64,000 nt of DNA from Raja brachyura. Lineage: Eukaryota. The notes under the pieces were generated by a model that was given only the letters and a program-made list of their open reading frames with translations, was not told the DNA's origin and searched no databases. The DNA lies in the NCBI GenBank assembly GCA_963514005.1, contig OY740800.1, positions 24,862,001-24,926,000 on the forward strand, given 5' to 3'. Position numbers and translations under genes: made by a program. Of the stretch, positions 11,861 to 25,145 are shown piece by piece; the stretch's first letter is position 1, and each line of letters begins with the position of its first letter.

Positions 11861-14800
11861 AAATTATTGATTGAAACATTAATATCCCCTCCACAGATCC
11901 GGTACTGCATGACCTGATGTGCAGTTCCACCATTTTATTTTTATTCTGATTTACAGCATCCTCCATATTTTGTTTCTCAAGTATCAAAGACAATTTCTGT
12001 TATTTTGTCCAGTGGGACCATATAATATGAAGACAACATGGAAACCTGTTATTAACATCAAAATAAATAAGTAACATGCATTTAGGTAAGAATTGTATTA
12101 CATTTGTGAGGATCCCAGGTGATATTACAATGAATATAGAACTTATCAATGCCATGATGAAATAAATCATAGCTGTAAAAGTTGAATTACTTTTCAGTTA
12201 AGTGATTACAAGATACACAATTGTGCAATGGTGCAGAACACAAGTGATTAATTACCCTGAGCTCAAGTTAATTAGGCATTACTAATAGAAGCAGATAAGC
12301 ATAGCGATTGATTGAGTTTTATTCATTTGCGGTGAGCTAAATTACATCCTGTAGAGCGGAGAATTATTTGAAGTGGAAAGTTGGTGAATAGACGGAAAAT
12401 CATTCAACAGGAAGTAATCTCTGTTGGTGGTCCTTTAAGGTCAAGGGTGACTTGCTTTCACTTGTTCTGTGGGCTTGAAGATAGCTGAAGGATCTTCTAT
12501 GGCATTTTCAGATTCTTGTTTCAAGTAGGGCAGACGATCTCCTTGACAGGTCGGGTGGGTAGATAATTTGGGATGTTGTGTGCTCATTCCACTGTGTGTG
12601 AATGGTTCTCAAGGTGCCCAATATCTTCCCAGAAGCTCCTTCTATTCCTGGCTGGTTGCTGGATCTCCTGTGCTCCTTCCATTCCCGTGTGGCTTCAGAT
12701 GCCTGCCTATCGGTTCCTTTTTCCCCTTGGAACAATGTTATGTTTGCAAGTTAAAAACACCTTGCATTAACAATTAATTTATTTAAAGATCTCCTGGTCA
12801 TTCTCAACAAATCGATATTGGTTTATCTGGTAAATGAGCAAAAGATCTCTTCAGAAGTGATAATTATGGAAGAGACAAACATTTCATTCTTGACACCTTC
12901 AACATCAGAGTATCAAATACATGAACGTGTGGAAATGTAAGAAAGGAGTAAGGAAGCTTAATTCCAAAATTTTGAACCAGGTGATGTCCATCACTCTTTG
13001 TAATCCCCTTCATCCTAGCACGGGATCAAAGGGACATGTGGATCAATTGGATCATATTAAGTGGCAATGGCCATGAATCCTTTGCGCTCACCCTGGCTGT
13101 CATCTCCATAAATGCTACCGGTCCATTATTCTTGAAGGAAAGATTAATGCTCTATGACAGAATTCCAACTTTAAAATTATGCAAAGTAGCATAATTAATG
13201 GAAATTTGGGCATAATAAGAAACAAGGACTTGTCCGAAAGTCAAAGATGCACCGAAACCATTTTGCGGAAAAAGTTGATTTTAGACAAAGTGACAAAGGA
13301 TTAGTGGAATCAGAGGATTATCAAAAGTTAATCTCATTTTGCATGAGGAAAGTAAATTCAATTTAGATAGAAATCTGTAACACCAGGAAGGAAATTAAAT
13401 GCCAGGAGTCAGCATGCAGAACCAGGAAAACAGGAAATTAACATGGAATTATTGAAAAAGTGGACTGACAGAAAAACAGCCAAGATTCACAGTAATTTTA
13501 GTTATTCTGAACAGAGTAAATCATTTAAAGAATAAACCTGTTTCTTGCTATAGTTTATTGCAAGGTTATTTTCCTTACTAAAAGTTACGGAGCAATACAT
13601 TTATTAATTTGGAAACAAGTTCCTTCCTATTTTAATGAAGATGGGAGGCTGCAGCTCTAAAGTCTAAAGAGAGGTTCAGCAGCAATGGAACGACTCGGGC
13701 AATGCTGCAGAAATGGCAACAAGCCATGAGATGGCACCAATTCTGCAGTTAAAAGATCATCTGAACCTTAAAAATGAAACCAGGCTTGTGATCCATCTGG
13801 TTTTATAATACAGTCAGCCTGCATGTGGATTACAGCAACGTACAACTCACAATAATGCACATTATCAGAATTGCAAGAGAAAGCCAGCAATTTCCTTCTA
13901 TTATTCTTAAACGGCCACTCAATTCCACATAGGATATCAGGGCTAATCTTATTTACCCCATACCATTTGATATATTTTTCCTTCCTAATTCAGAACAGGA
14001 TTTGGCTGAACTGGTGGAGCACCCACTCAATCATCAAACTCACCATCCAAGCTTACACATGATGAATGGCCACCTGGGCGAACTACCGTAGAATGACCAA
14101 CATCCATGGAATTATTTCTTAACGCAAATCAGTATCTGCAAAATAAAAGAGGAGAACATCAGCAGGAGTAAAAAATAAGAATGTTTTCAATAATTTATGT
14201 ACAGAATAGCGTTTATTCCAATGGAGTCATGTCTAAATTATAACAAAAATGCCACATGGGCAGGACTTACAAAACCAGGGCAGGACTAACATGGTGGGAC
14301 CCAGGGAAGTGTTATAGAACAGAGAGACTGAGGGATCCAGGTACATAGAATCCTGAAAGTGGTGGAACTGGTGGACAGGGTGGCGAAGAAGGAATTTGGC
14401 ACACTTGTGCTCAGTGATCAGGATAACGAGTACAGGAATTGCGAACAAACACTGCAAGCTGAATGGCCAACACCCGCTTATATTTTTATGGTCTCATAAT
14501 CACTGGAACGGATTATTTAGTCATTGCAAACTCAAGCCACAGTCATGCAATTTGCAGTGCATTTGGAATTGGGTAAGGAAAGAAATTACTTTTTTGGTAA
14601 AGCTATTAGTTGTTAATTAAGAATTTAATAGGCCGGAGGAGCATAGGAGTCTGGGATTGTGTATGCACAAACCAAGGCCAAACCAAACACTGGTTTACTT
14701 CTTGAAGGAGAGAGCTGAAATAGCGAGAGACTATAGCAATCGTGTACTGGCCCTCAATTAGCCCACGTGGCATCCCACTGGTATGATATAAAGAATATAA

Positions 14801-15626
14801 AGCATAAAGTGTGAAGATGATTTGTGAAGATGTCCTCAGACCCAGAAGTTCATCAGGAATAAAAATAAAAACACCAAGCTCGACTTTATTGATTTTTTTT
14901 TTATAATCCCAACCTGACAGGCCTTGCATAATATCACATTCCTACAATCGAGTCAAATTGGACACCATACTAGGATCAGCTAGGTGAAGCCTTTGTCTGC
15001 CCATCGCTGCCTGATGTCACTGCCTCATTGCATCATCAAGGCAAACTTACGAGCGGAGTCTAAGACACCCCCGCCAAGCGTGGGTTCTGTTCTCGGTCCT
15101 CTCCCTTCTGCCCTCACACCCTTCCAAGGGCACAGCGCTAGACTTGAACATAACTCCTGCAAATCACGTCACCATCCTGGGTCCAGTCCCTTGTCCGCTC
15201 TGTGACTTTGTGTCACTGTGCAGGCCTATCTGTCCCACACCCAGCACACTGGCCTGGAGAAAGCACTGAGTTTGGGTAGCTGAGCACAGTACAACCCGAC
15301 CCAAACCCGCTGATTAGGCAGAAAATGGACATTAACATACCCTAGCACACATAGTTGCCTCCCATTAACCTTGTGTTAGGCAGCTGGCACACTGTTAGAA
15401 AATCATAGTGCTATACAGCACTGAAATGGACCCTTTGGCCTAACTGATCCACGCCAACCAAGTTACCTACAGCAGCAGACCCCATCGGCCCATCACTTTT
15501 TCTGTGCCCCTCGTGATTTTACAACCCCCTACGTTTCCCTCTCAGCCTCCTTTACTACCAGTGATAAAAATGGGTTTTAGGAACTAGGGGTACTCTAAGG
15601 TCCGTGAGGCTGAGGTTGGGAAGGAA

Positions 15627-15690
15627 GGGGGGGGGGGGGGGGGGGGTGGGGGGGGGGGGGGGGGGGGGGCGGGGGGGGGGGGGGAGGGGG
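15627..15690 (+). repeat. About 60-nt poly-G tract inside the hAT terminus
   Basis: Near-uninterrupted G run; the length may be inflated by sequencing or assembly. Confidence 0.85.
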
Positions 15691-15826
15691 ATTTTTTTAA
15701 ATGTGCAGTCATATCCTTGTAAGAGTACAAGAATGCATAACTTGTTTATTGTGTATTTATAATATAGTTTATCGTGTATTATATGCCATCGCTGCTTTCT
15801 TGCATCTCTCTCTCTCTCTGTTTACA

Positions 15827-17990
15827 TTACAAAATGTTCCATAATGGTATATAATCTCCATTTTTTTCTGTCTCATCCTCTTTCTTTCTGCATGGCTTTT
15901 CTTCAGCACACCTTCTGCCACTAAGAAGCCATGTCCTCACATATTCTTTGGGGTTTAATTTTGACAGAGGAGGTCTCACCAACTTAATAAATCGAAGAAT
16001 TGAGAGATGATCAGTTTGAAGTCTTGCACGTTGTGGTGACATGCAGACATTCATGCCACTGAAGCTTCTTTCACATTCTGCTGTTGATACCGGAATTGTA
16101 ATTACAGCCATTAGCAGCTGCTGAAAATCTGCAGAAACTATCTTCCCTTTAGATTCCTTGAATTCTCTGAAGGCTCGGATACAAAGCCGACCATTTAAGT
16201 CAAATTGTTCTGCCATTTCTTCTACATCATTATCCCCAAAGGTAAAAAGTGAATCTTCTGGAATATTGACAATATCTAAATATTTCGACTTGTTAATTAA
16301 CTTTTTACATTTACTGTTGTAGATACAAGCAGCCTGGATTTCATATTATTGACCAAACTCCTCAAAAACTGTTGCCTATGTATAGTAGGTACTTTACCAG
16401 CTCCCAAATTTATCCCATTAAATATCATCTGGCTTGTTGCTTTCTCCACTCGAGTATAAAATGTTCCTGGCTTCTCTATTTGACATTCAAGAACCTTGAT
16501 AGTTTGTTTAATTTCCTCATGTGCTTTACGAAGTGTACAATTTCGGTTCTGCAGTTCAAGTGACAGTTCAGACAACTCTAGCAAACTGTCCATCAACAAG
16601 CCCAAATTATTTACTAAATTACCAAATAATTCACTGAAAACTTTTTTCAGCCCCTCGTACTTTGCTCTCTCTGCACTAGATCTTGCTTGTCCAAATGCTC
16701 CCAAATAGCTTTATAAGAAGGCCACGTTGCCTTTAAAGCTCGGTAAGACGAAGCAACCCATCTCACACTGAAAACACGACCAATTTTCAACAGTTGACAG
16801 TGAAGAGCCTCAGCGCATGCAGTTAACTCATCCTGATTCTTCGGAGACCCATGATATAAGGAATACAATTTATCACAAAATATCTGAAAATGATTGAAAC
16901 CTGCAACTTCATTTATAGCATCACCTACACCGAGTTCAAGCCTGTGACTGGCACAGCGCCAAACAGTTGCATTAGGGAAATCATCAAGAAATAGAAGAGT
17001 TTAGCAACCCCTGCATTTTGGCCTAACATTACTGATGCACCATCAGTTACAAGTGATATCACATTTTTTTTTAGGTACTGTATTGAAAGACCACCTCTTT
17101 GTAAGCAACTTAGAAGCCCATCATATATAGATTTTGCATTTGCACCAAGTTTCATATGTTCTAAGTCCAAATAGAATGATATAGGTTGGAAAGATTCACC
17201 AACTGCTGCTCTCAAGAACTGTTTTCCCATTAATAGTAGTAGATTCATCAATCATAATAGACATTTTAGATTGTTTTGAAATTATATTTTCCACCACTGT
17301 CTTTCACATCTGGTTCCCTATGTGGTGAGAAACATCTGCACATGACTTACGAGAGTGTAGAACGTACCCTCAGTCAATGCAGTTTCTTTCTTGCAGTTCA
17401 ATATCAGAAGACATATCTGTGTATGGCCTATCTTTGTGTACAATATTATACACAGTTCTAAAAACTCGACTTGTTTTTGCTTCGTCCTTTATCAGTGACA
17501 TACACACTACGTTTTCGATTGCTTTTCTTTCAGCTGTTTCATTGATTTATTGGCATCTGATGTGAGCTTCACTACTTTTGTGCTTAAAAATCTTTTTTCT
17601 TAAACTCATTAACTGTTTTGCTTGGTCATCACTCACTCCTACTACATTAACACTGCACCACTCACGAGACAAATTATTTCCTTGTGTTTGTTCAAGTCCA
17701 AGATGACCACACTTGCTGCATACACTACATCCTAGTTTTCTGTTTTTAACAATTAGCCAGGGATATTCTTTCTATTTGTTTAAGTACATTTCATGTGTCC
17801 AACTGTCTGGAAGACCACATTTTTCAATATCTTTCGAAATGTCTTCATATGCAGCATCAGGCAAAACAGCTGCATCAGTTACATTATTTTCAAGTAATTT
17901 TGCCTTCTTTTCTGGCTGAGTGTTTTCATTATCATGTATTTCTTCATCGATCTGAAGACACTGTCTTTTAAAGTATCTCAGTATGCTCAT
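15827..17990 (-). pseudogene. hAT transposase pseudogene (KIAA1586/ZNF862-like)
   Basis: Starts MSILRYFKR, has a CxxC zinc-finger region, SLVTDGASVMLG (catalytic D), FSVRWVASSYRAL, and hATC motif IPVSTAECERSFSGMN; broken into at least 5 frames by frameshifts and stops. Confidence 0.9.
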
Positions 17991-18146
17991 TTTCACAGGG
18001 GTACACAAATCTGAAATGTATAGATTTTGATAGTGATATATAATAAAATATTTCCACTTGCACTATTGTGTTGCTAAATAAAACCACCCAAACTAAAATA
18101 TTCACCACTCACGATTTCGGCTGGAAAACATTATTGGTACTACTTA

Positions 18147-18266
18147 GGGTACACAAAAGGCTGGAGAAACTCAGCGGGTGTAGCAGCATCTAAGGAGCGA
18201 AGGAGATAGGCGACGTTTCGGGTCGAGACCCTTCTTCAGGATAGGCGACTTTTCGGGTCGAGACCC
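18147..18266 (-). mobile_element. Short Penelope-terminal hammerhead unit with 13-bp TSD
   Basis: TTGGTACTACTTA (18134-18146) / TTGGTGCTACTTA (18267-18279); the core gacgtttcgggtcgagacccttcttcag is partly duplicated in tandem. Confidence 0.8.
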
Positions 18267-18379
18267 TTGGTGCTACTTATTTAGTTTTCTCCCCACCCAT
18301 TCTAATTTAACTGAAGCACTTAATCTGAAAATGCAGTTTCTTATTGGGGGCAGATAATAGAAAAAGTAATGCCCTTGGA

Positions 18380-18495
18380 GACAGCGGCTGATTGGACGGG
18401 AGGCGGCCGATTTGTTGACTGGATGGTAATTTTAAGGGAAGCTCGTCGGTGATTGGACGCAACCCCCTCAGAGACAGCGGTTGATTGGCCGCCAA
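18380..18495 (-). promoter_or_regulatory. Probable transposase promoter with three CCAAT boxes
   Basis: ATTGG at 18391, 18452 and 18484 (CCAAT on the minus strand) in a GC-richer patch about 400-500 bp upstream of the ATG; a TTTCAG acceptor at 18011 lies 20 nt before the ATG. Confidence 0.5.
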
Positions 18496-19869
18496 ATAGT
18501 CAGGCACAAAACAATCGACAAATAGGGAAACAAAACAAAAAATCGGAATTCCGATTTAAATCTGATGTAAGGTACATAGGGTGGGTATCGATTAATTCTA
18601 GACAACAGATTTAAAAAAATCTAACCCCATTAAATCACTCAGGGTGTATTATATGTTCAACAGTATGAAGTGCACAGGAAAACTTGCACTTCCAGAGTGG
18701 TCTATAGTGTTGTTTCTTCTGCGGACCACGGATTTATTTTAAGAGCAAAACATAAAATGCAGGGGAACTCAGCAGGTCAGGCTGGATCTATGGAGGGTCC
18801 GAAGAAGGGTCTCGACCCAAAACGTCTCCTATTCCTTCTCTCCAGAGATGCTGCCGGACCCGCTGAGTTACTCCAGCATTTTGTGTCTATCTATGGAGGG
18901 AATGGCTAGGCGACGTTTAGGGTCGGGTCCCTTCTTCAGGCATTTTTTAAGGGGTTGGGAAGGAACGAAAATTTAATGTATTTAAATATGTTGTTACGAA
19001 TATAACCAGTAATGTGGGAAAAAAATTCTGTGATCCATAATTGCCACATACATACCCAAAAGTAGAAATGTAGAAAGTTACAGTGTGCCCAAAAAAATAG
19101 ATATTAGGAGCTTTGTAGTCTCCTTGTACCAATCATACGCCAAATTCAAAATTCTATATTTTGAAAATGGGCGATGGAAAAAGTAGCATGTTCTCTGGAA
19201 AGGCTTATCCTAAAATAATTGATCGGAAGGGTGTGACTTTCAGTCAGGACGTCTGTATCATTCAGTCAACGAGCTCGCGGTCCGGAGCCCTTCTCTATTA
19301 CCCCCCTACATAAAAACAACGTGTCAATGCCTCTTCAAGGTCTACTAATCCACCAGTAGCTTCAGTTGCAGGTACAGCTGAAGGGATTTGTCGCTCGGGC
19401 GACACTATGAATTTATATGAATTTTAAAAATCCGATACGTTTAAATCGTTCAAAAGCTACAAACACAATGTGATAAATAACACTAAATAAAACTGAAGCA
19501 AATAAAGGCAAACAGAAGAACTAACCTTGAAGGTGAGAGAGAAAACAAAACACATAAACCTTTTAAAAAAAGATTCATATAACATCCCTAAATGACGGGT
19601 ACAAATGATTAAATAACTTGGGTGGACAAAAATGCTGGAGAAACTCAGCGGGTGAAATGATGCCTCAACCGCTGAGTTTCTCCAGCATTTTTATCTACCT
19701 TCGATTGTTCCAGCATTTGCAGTTCAGCGGGCTAGGCGGCACCCGCGGATGGAACAGGCCAGGAGCCGTCACGGGCCAGGGCTCCCCCCCGGGCCCCCAC
19801 CCCCAACAGGAAGGAACTGCAGATGCAGCCGTCCCCTCAAAACGCCAATTGATTCCGGGAATGCCGAGG

Positions 19870-20090
19870 CGAGAGGGTGAGAGAGAGAGGGAGAGAGCGA
19901 GAAAGACGAGATGGGGAGCAGGACAGAGCGAGAGAGGGAAGGAGAGAGCGAAAGACAGATAGACACAGCGAAAGAGGGAGAGAGAACAAGGGATGGAGGG
20001 AGAGAGGGAGGAAAGGAGAGAGTGAAAGACAGAGAGACACACCGAGAGAGGGAGAGAGGACGAGGGAGAGAGGGCGAGGACGAGAGAATA
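19870..20090 (+). repeat. (GA)n-rich low-complexity tract
   Basis: gagagagg/gagaca repeats, which explain the spurious ER/SL-rich ORFs. Confidence 0.9.
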
Positions 20091-20654
20091 AAATAACGTG
20101 GAATAATAAAATAACGTGACTACCTGCACACCAGAAGAAGTCCATGCTCACGGTCCAGAACAATGACAGTGAGTTTTAAGAAATTCCCCCATCAATTTTA
20201 TTCAAAGGAACGCGGCATCATGAGTACATGGTCACAAAAACAATTACATTTACTGAGGAATGTGGATCGATGCATTGGTGACACATTGTATAACTTTGTG
20301 TTAAATACTGGCTGTTAACAAGTGCTAACAGTGGTAGTTAACAAATTGTTTTCGTCTCATGGCCGGTGCAGCGATGTTTCGTTGTAACGATTATCCATGG
20401 TCGTTTTAAAAAAAAATCCGTATTTAACAACTCCCTTCTTATACAGAAATTAGACATGAACTGGTAACTGAAAAGTTGTGGAACACCGTCCCCCTGCATA
20501 CCCCCCGATTGCCATCACTGTTTACGACAGGGAAAAAAAACCCAACCCAGCCATTCCTTACCACTCAAACCTCTCAGACCCGGTAATCGCCCTGTAAATT
20601 ATTTTTGCTCTCTTTCCAATTTAACAACACCCTTCTACAGCGGGGCAAACAGAA

Positions 20655-21020
20655 GATAGAAACATAGAAAATAGGCGCAGGAGTAGGCCATTCGGCCCTT
20701 CGAGCCTGCACTGCCATTCAATATGATCATGGCTGATCATCCAACTCAGTATCCTGTACCTGCCTTCTCTCCATACCCCCTGATCCCTCTAGCCACAAGG
20801 GCCACATCTAACTCCCTCTTAAATATAACCAATGAACTGGCCTCAACTACCTTCTGTGGCAGAGAATTCCAGAGACTCACCACTCCCTGTGTAAAAAATG
20901 TTTTTCTCATCTCGGTCCTAAAAGACTTCCCCCTTATCCTTAAACTGTAACCCCTTGTTCTGGACTTCCACAACATCGGGAACAATCTTCCTGCATCTAG
21001 CCTGTCCAACCCCTTAAGAA
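20655..21020 (-). mobile_element. Young CR1 3' end
   Basis: LKGLDRLDAGRLFPML..FFTQGVVSLWNSLPQK peptide plus 3' tail. Confidence 0.92.
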
Positions 21021-21289
21021 CAGTACACATTGGTCTAAATGTGGACTTTCCAGCATCTTGTACTGTTGTAAAATAAGAACTAATTTCCAATATTATGACA
21101 GATGAAAGCAGGTGTGCCAAATAAGTTAAATAGACACAAAGTGCTGGAGCAATTCAGCGGGTCAGGCAGCATCTCTGGAGAAAATGGATGGGTGGCGTTT
21201 CAGGTTTGGGCGGGTGAAGAGCTGGTGGTGAGAAAAGATCAGGACCAATCAAGACTGGCCACAAATGACCTCAGGCAGGACAGCGCCTG

Positions 21290-21640
21290 GTAAGAAATAA
21301 CTTCTTCACCATCACCCTATCTACCCATGTCGCCACTTTTACAAAACTATGTACCCATGTCCTTCGGTCTCCCTGTCCTACAACACTTCCCAGGGACGTA
21401 CCATTCACTGCAAGTCCCACCCTGGGTTCTCCTACCAAAATGCAACATCGGCCATTCCTCATCCCATTGACCCAGTTGATCACGATCCCGTTGTAATCTT
21501 AGATAACCTTCTTCACTGTTCATGATACCATCAATTTTAGTATCATCCACAAACTTCGTAATCGTTAATATAGATAACAAACAGCGAATCTATTATCCCA
21601 TGACACACCACCACCAGTCGGAGGCCGCCTGTCTGAAATA
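21290..21640 (-). mobile_element. CR1 RT fragment, old
   Basis: ITKFVDDTKIDGIMNSEEGYLRLQRDRDQLGQW peptide. Confidence 0.8.
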
Positions 21641-22104
21641 CTAGAAATCTGAAAACTCAGTGATGGCTTAAGAGTGGTTTTCAAAATTATTTAGGGGTTT
21701 GACAGAGTAAAGAAATACCTTGTTTCTGTTTACGAGATAGTAAGCTGAAAGCACATCAGAACAGGAAAATCACCAGAGAGTTCAGGAAAAAATATTAATT
21801 ACTGTGCCGAACTCGTGAAATACAATAACCCCTAGGAGATGTTAAAGGGATAAGCATTTAAAGGAAGTTGCTTAAGCATGAGGGGGAAGGGGTGGAGCCA
21901 ATGCGACGCTTTTATTTTGGTGAAGCATTAATGTTCACATTACAAAACAACATTTTTCTCTCTTGTGTATTTTGTGCAATTGCTTTAAGAATATTATGAT
22001 AGTTTATAGGGCCGCAAGCTGACCACCTTCTATTAGGAAGAACAGTGCTTACAAATGAAAAAAATGTAATCACAAGGAACTACAGATGCTGATTTACATA
22101 AAAG

Positions 22105-22400
22105 GACACAGTAGCGCAGCGGTAGAGTTGCTGCCTTTGAGCGATAGAGACACTGGTTCACTCTTGACTATGGTGTTGTCTGTCGGGCGTTTGTACGTTC
22201 TCCCTGTGATCGCATAGATTTTCTCTTTGTGCTCCGGTTTTCTCCCACACTCCAAAGAGGTACAGGCTTGTTGGTTAACTGGCTTCGGTAAATTGTAATT
22301 TGTCCCTAGTGTGTAGGATAGTGTTAGTGTGTGAGGTGATCGTCGGTTGGTGCAGACTTGGTGGACTGAAGTACTCTAAAATAAAGTAAAACTAAAGTAA
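22105..22400 (+). mobile_element. HE1-like V-SINE, near full length
   Basis: gcgcagcggtagagttgctgcc head, ctccggttttctcccacactccaaag core and (taaag)n tail. Confidence 0.85.
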
Positions 22401-24299
22401 ACCAAAGACACAAAGTGACATATATGGACCTGATTCTGCTGTGAGGGGGGGGGGGGGGGGGTGAAGAAAGCTGAGGGAGAGGAGAGGCAGGACTACACGT
22501 GACAGGTAATCGGTAGATGCAGGCAAAGGGTGGTTTTGATGGGCAGATGGTTGGAACAAAGGCCAGAGATTAAAATGGAAGGGGAAAATAGTACATCATC
22601 TTTCAAGAGGAATCGCCAGAAATCGAATTCCTTCTCACAGAGATGCTGCCTGTCCCACTGAGTTACTCCAGCATTTTGTGTCCTTCTTCAAAAATAATTC
22701 CATATTTCTGAGATATTGGAAAATGTTTGCCCTTGTTGCTACTGTAGTATTGTGGTTCCAGATTTTTTCTGTGACGTTTGTGTATGGAGGGGGAGGGAGA
22801 GTGGTGAGAGTTCTACCTTGCACATGGAGCAATGGGGGAAGGCTGTGCTACATCTCCAGTTGTGTTTGGTTGCATCGAAAAGACATACGACAGAAGACAG
22901 ACATACGACAGCAGAAGAAGAAGTTGTGTTTGGTTCCATCGAAAATTGCTTTAATACTTGCTAAGGATGTGGGAGACCCATCGTAAACTTTGGACACATT
23001 TCAATTCACTGGAATTTCATTGCATAAATTGTGGTTAAAATGATTACTAATTAAATTATGTATGACATTGCATGACGTTACAAGCTAATAAATTCAAAAA
23101 ATGATATTTGTTTAATCAGTTCTATTCTCCAATTTAGAGAAAGTTTCTCTTAAAATACTTTCGACCTCCAATCAAACAACATTTCCAAATTCCAATTAGA
23201 ACACAGCATAAATTTTAATCCTTGTGGGATGTGAAAGATTTCTGCTTTTTTACTTCTTTCATTTTCATAGTTCTTCAGACCTCTCATGCAGACACTTTTT
23301 ATCTTATTCTTTTTTAATGTTTTTTCCCCACTACAGACAAGGATCATTTGTCACATCACCTCACTGCTCTAGATTAATTGTTTTTAGATATCGATCACTC
23401 CTGGGATGTCGCTGTAATGCCCGTCTAATTGCCCTTGATAACATACTGGGAGGCCATCTTCTTAAACTGTTGAACTCCATGTGTTGAAAGAGCTCCCGCA
23501 ATGCTGTGAGGTAGGGATTGCAGTATTTATACACAGCAGTAACTAAAACAAAACATTCTGCCATAATGCGTGTTTCCAGAATGTGAATTGGATAGAAAGT
23601 GAAAATGAATTAAGGGAACACTATTTGTATTGCCTGGGACGAATTGGTTATAGCGCGATTGGGATCGGGAACTAACCCATGGCAATCAGCAACCGTCGTC
23701 TCTAAAGAACATGTGCTGAGGGACACAATGTGCAGAAGTAACTCAGCGGGTCAGGCAGCATCTCAAAAGAATGTGAATAGGTGATGTTTCAGGTCAGGAC
23801 CCTTCTTCAGACCTGCCAGTTTAACTGCAGGAGGCACTTGAAGATGCTTGCTTTGGAAATTGACAAATAATCGCTTCTGTTGACATTGGTGCAACAATGC
23901 AACACACTGACCTCAGTATTTTCAGTTTGCAATAATAACATAAACGTATAACTAATCAAAAACCTTTATTCTTGAAAACCTGTGAGTCTGAAACTCTCTA
24001 GTCCCTAACCCACATTTTCCCACTGACAGAATGTTTTTATAACACGATTTTCTGTATCTTCTTCAGGAAAACAACTACCACATTTAGAAGAACTACCCAT
24101 AGCTATAAAGTGAGAGGTGGAAAGTTTAATGGAAATGTGCAGGGCAAGATTTCTTTACACAAAGTGTGGTGGTAGGCTAAAACACATCGCCAGGGGTGGT
24201 GTGGGGGCAAATATGATTGTGGCATTTAAGAGGCTTTTAGATAGGCACATGGAAATGCAAGGAATAGAGGGATATGGATCATGTATAGGCATTGTAAAG

Positions 24300-24685
24300 G
24301 ATGGCACAGTGGCGTAGTGGTAGAGTTGCTGCCTTGCAATTCAAACTACTGTTACTGTCTGTACAAAGTTTGCACACTCTCTCTGTGACTGCGTAGGTTT
24401 CCTCCGGGTACTTCAGTTCCTTCCCACATTCCAAAGCGGATTTGTAGGTTAATTCGCTTCTGTAAATTGTCCCTATTGTGTAGGTTAGAACAAGAGTTAG
24501 GGTGATGATTGGTCCGTGCGGGCCTGTTTCCACATTGCATCTCGAAACTGAACTAAACAACTGGCACATCTTTGGAATGTGGGAAGAAACTGGAGCACCC
24601 AGGAGAATCCCATGTGGTCACAGGGGTGGGGAGTGGGTGCAAATTGTTTGCAAAAGTACAGCATCAAACCACTGCTCTATCGTGC
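24300..24685. mobile_element. Two HE1-like SINEs, tail to tail
   Basis: Plus copy 24300-24555 and minus copy 24560-24685. Confidence 0.75.
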
Positions 24686-25099
24686 TACAGATCCTCAATT
24701 CTGTCCTAATTATTAACTACTAAAATGTGAAAAAACAAATCGAAGAGGAACTTCAGTACTAAAGTTCAAAGCTTATTTACTTGAGTTGCTCAACTGAAGG
24801 CCTACTGCCCAAAATCTCAAATATAAAAATTAAGTTATTATTTTAAGCTAAAAGCACGTTGTAATTAGAGTAAGTAATTCAGCTGGCTAGGCAGCATATG
24901 TGGAGTGAAATGGACAAACAGCGTTTTGGGTTTGGACCCTTCTTCAGAATGTCAACGCCTGCAGTACCTTGTGCCTTATTTTAACTTGAAGGTCCATTTA
25001 TCATGTGCTAACAGCCACATAAAAAAAATTTCAATGAATATTATTCCTACAACATAAAAATTGCCACTGGTAAAATAAAACTCAGATGATATTTATCCA

Positions 25100-25145
25100 T
25101 ATGACCAAATGGTGCCTGCGCAATAACCTGGCCCTGAACACCAGT
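25100..25145 (+). mobile_element. Rex1/Babar fragment, 5' part of the element split by CR1
   Basis: KWCLRNNLALNTS matches the Rex/Babar motif WCxxNNLxLNxxKTKELIVDF, which resumes as ELIVDF at about 27994. Confidence 0.7.

Larger units (their letters stand above)
15559..20520 (-). mobile_element. Full-length decayed hAT DNA transposon (about 4.96 kb)
   Basis: Imperfect TIRs CAGTGATAAAAATGGG / CCCGATTGCCATCACTG and 8-bp TSD TTTACTAC (15551-15558) / TTTACGAC (20521-20528); it splits a CR1 fragment and contains a hAT transposase. Confidence 0.88.

Noticed and set aside
19618-20163. Arg/Glu-rich and Ser/Leu-rich ORFs
   Set aside because: Translation of a (GA)n tract
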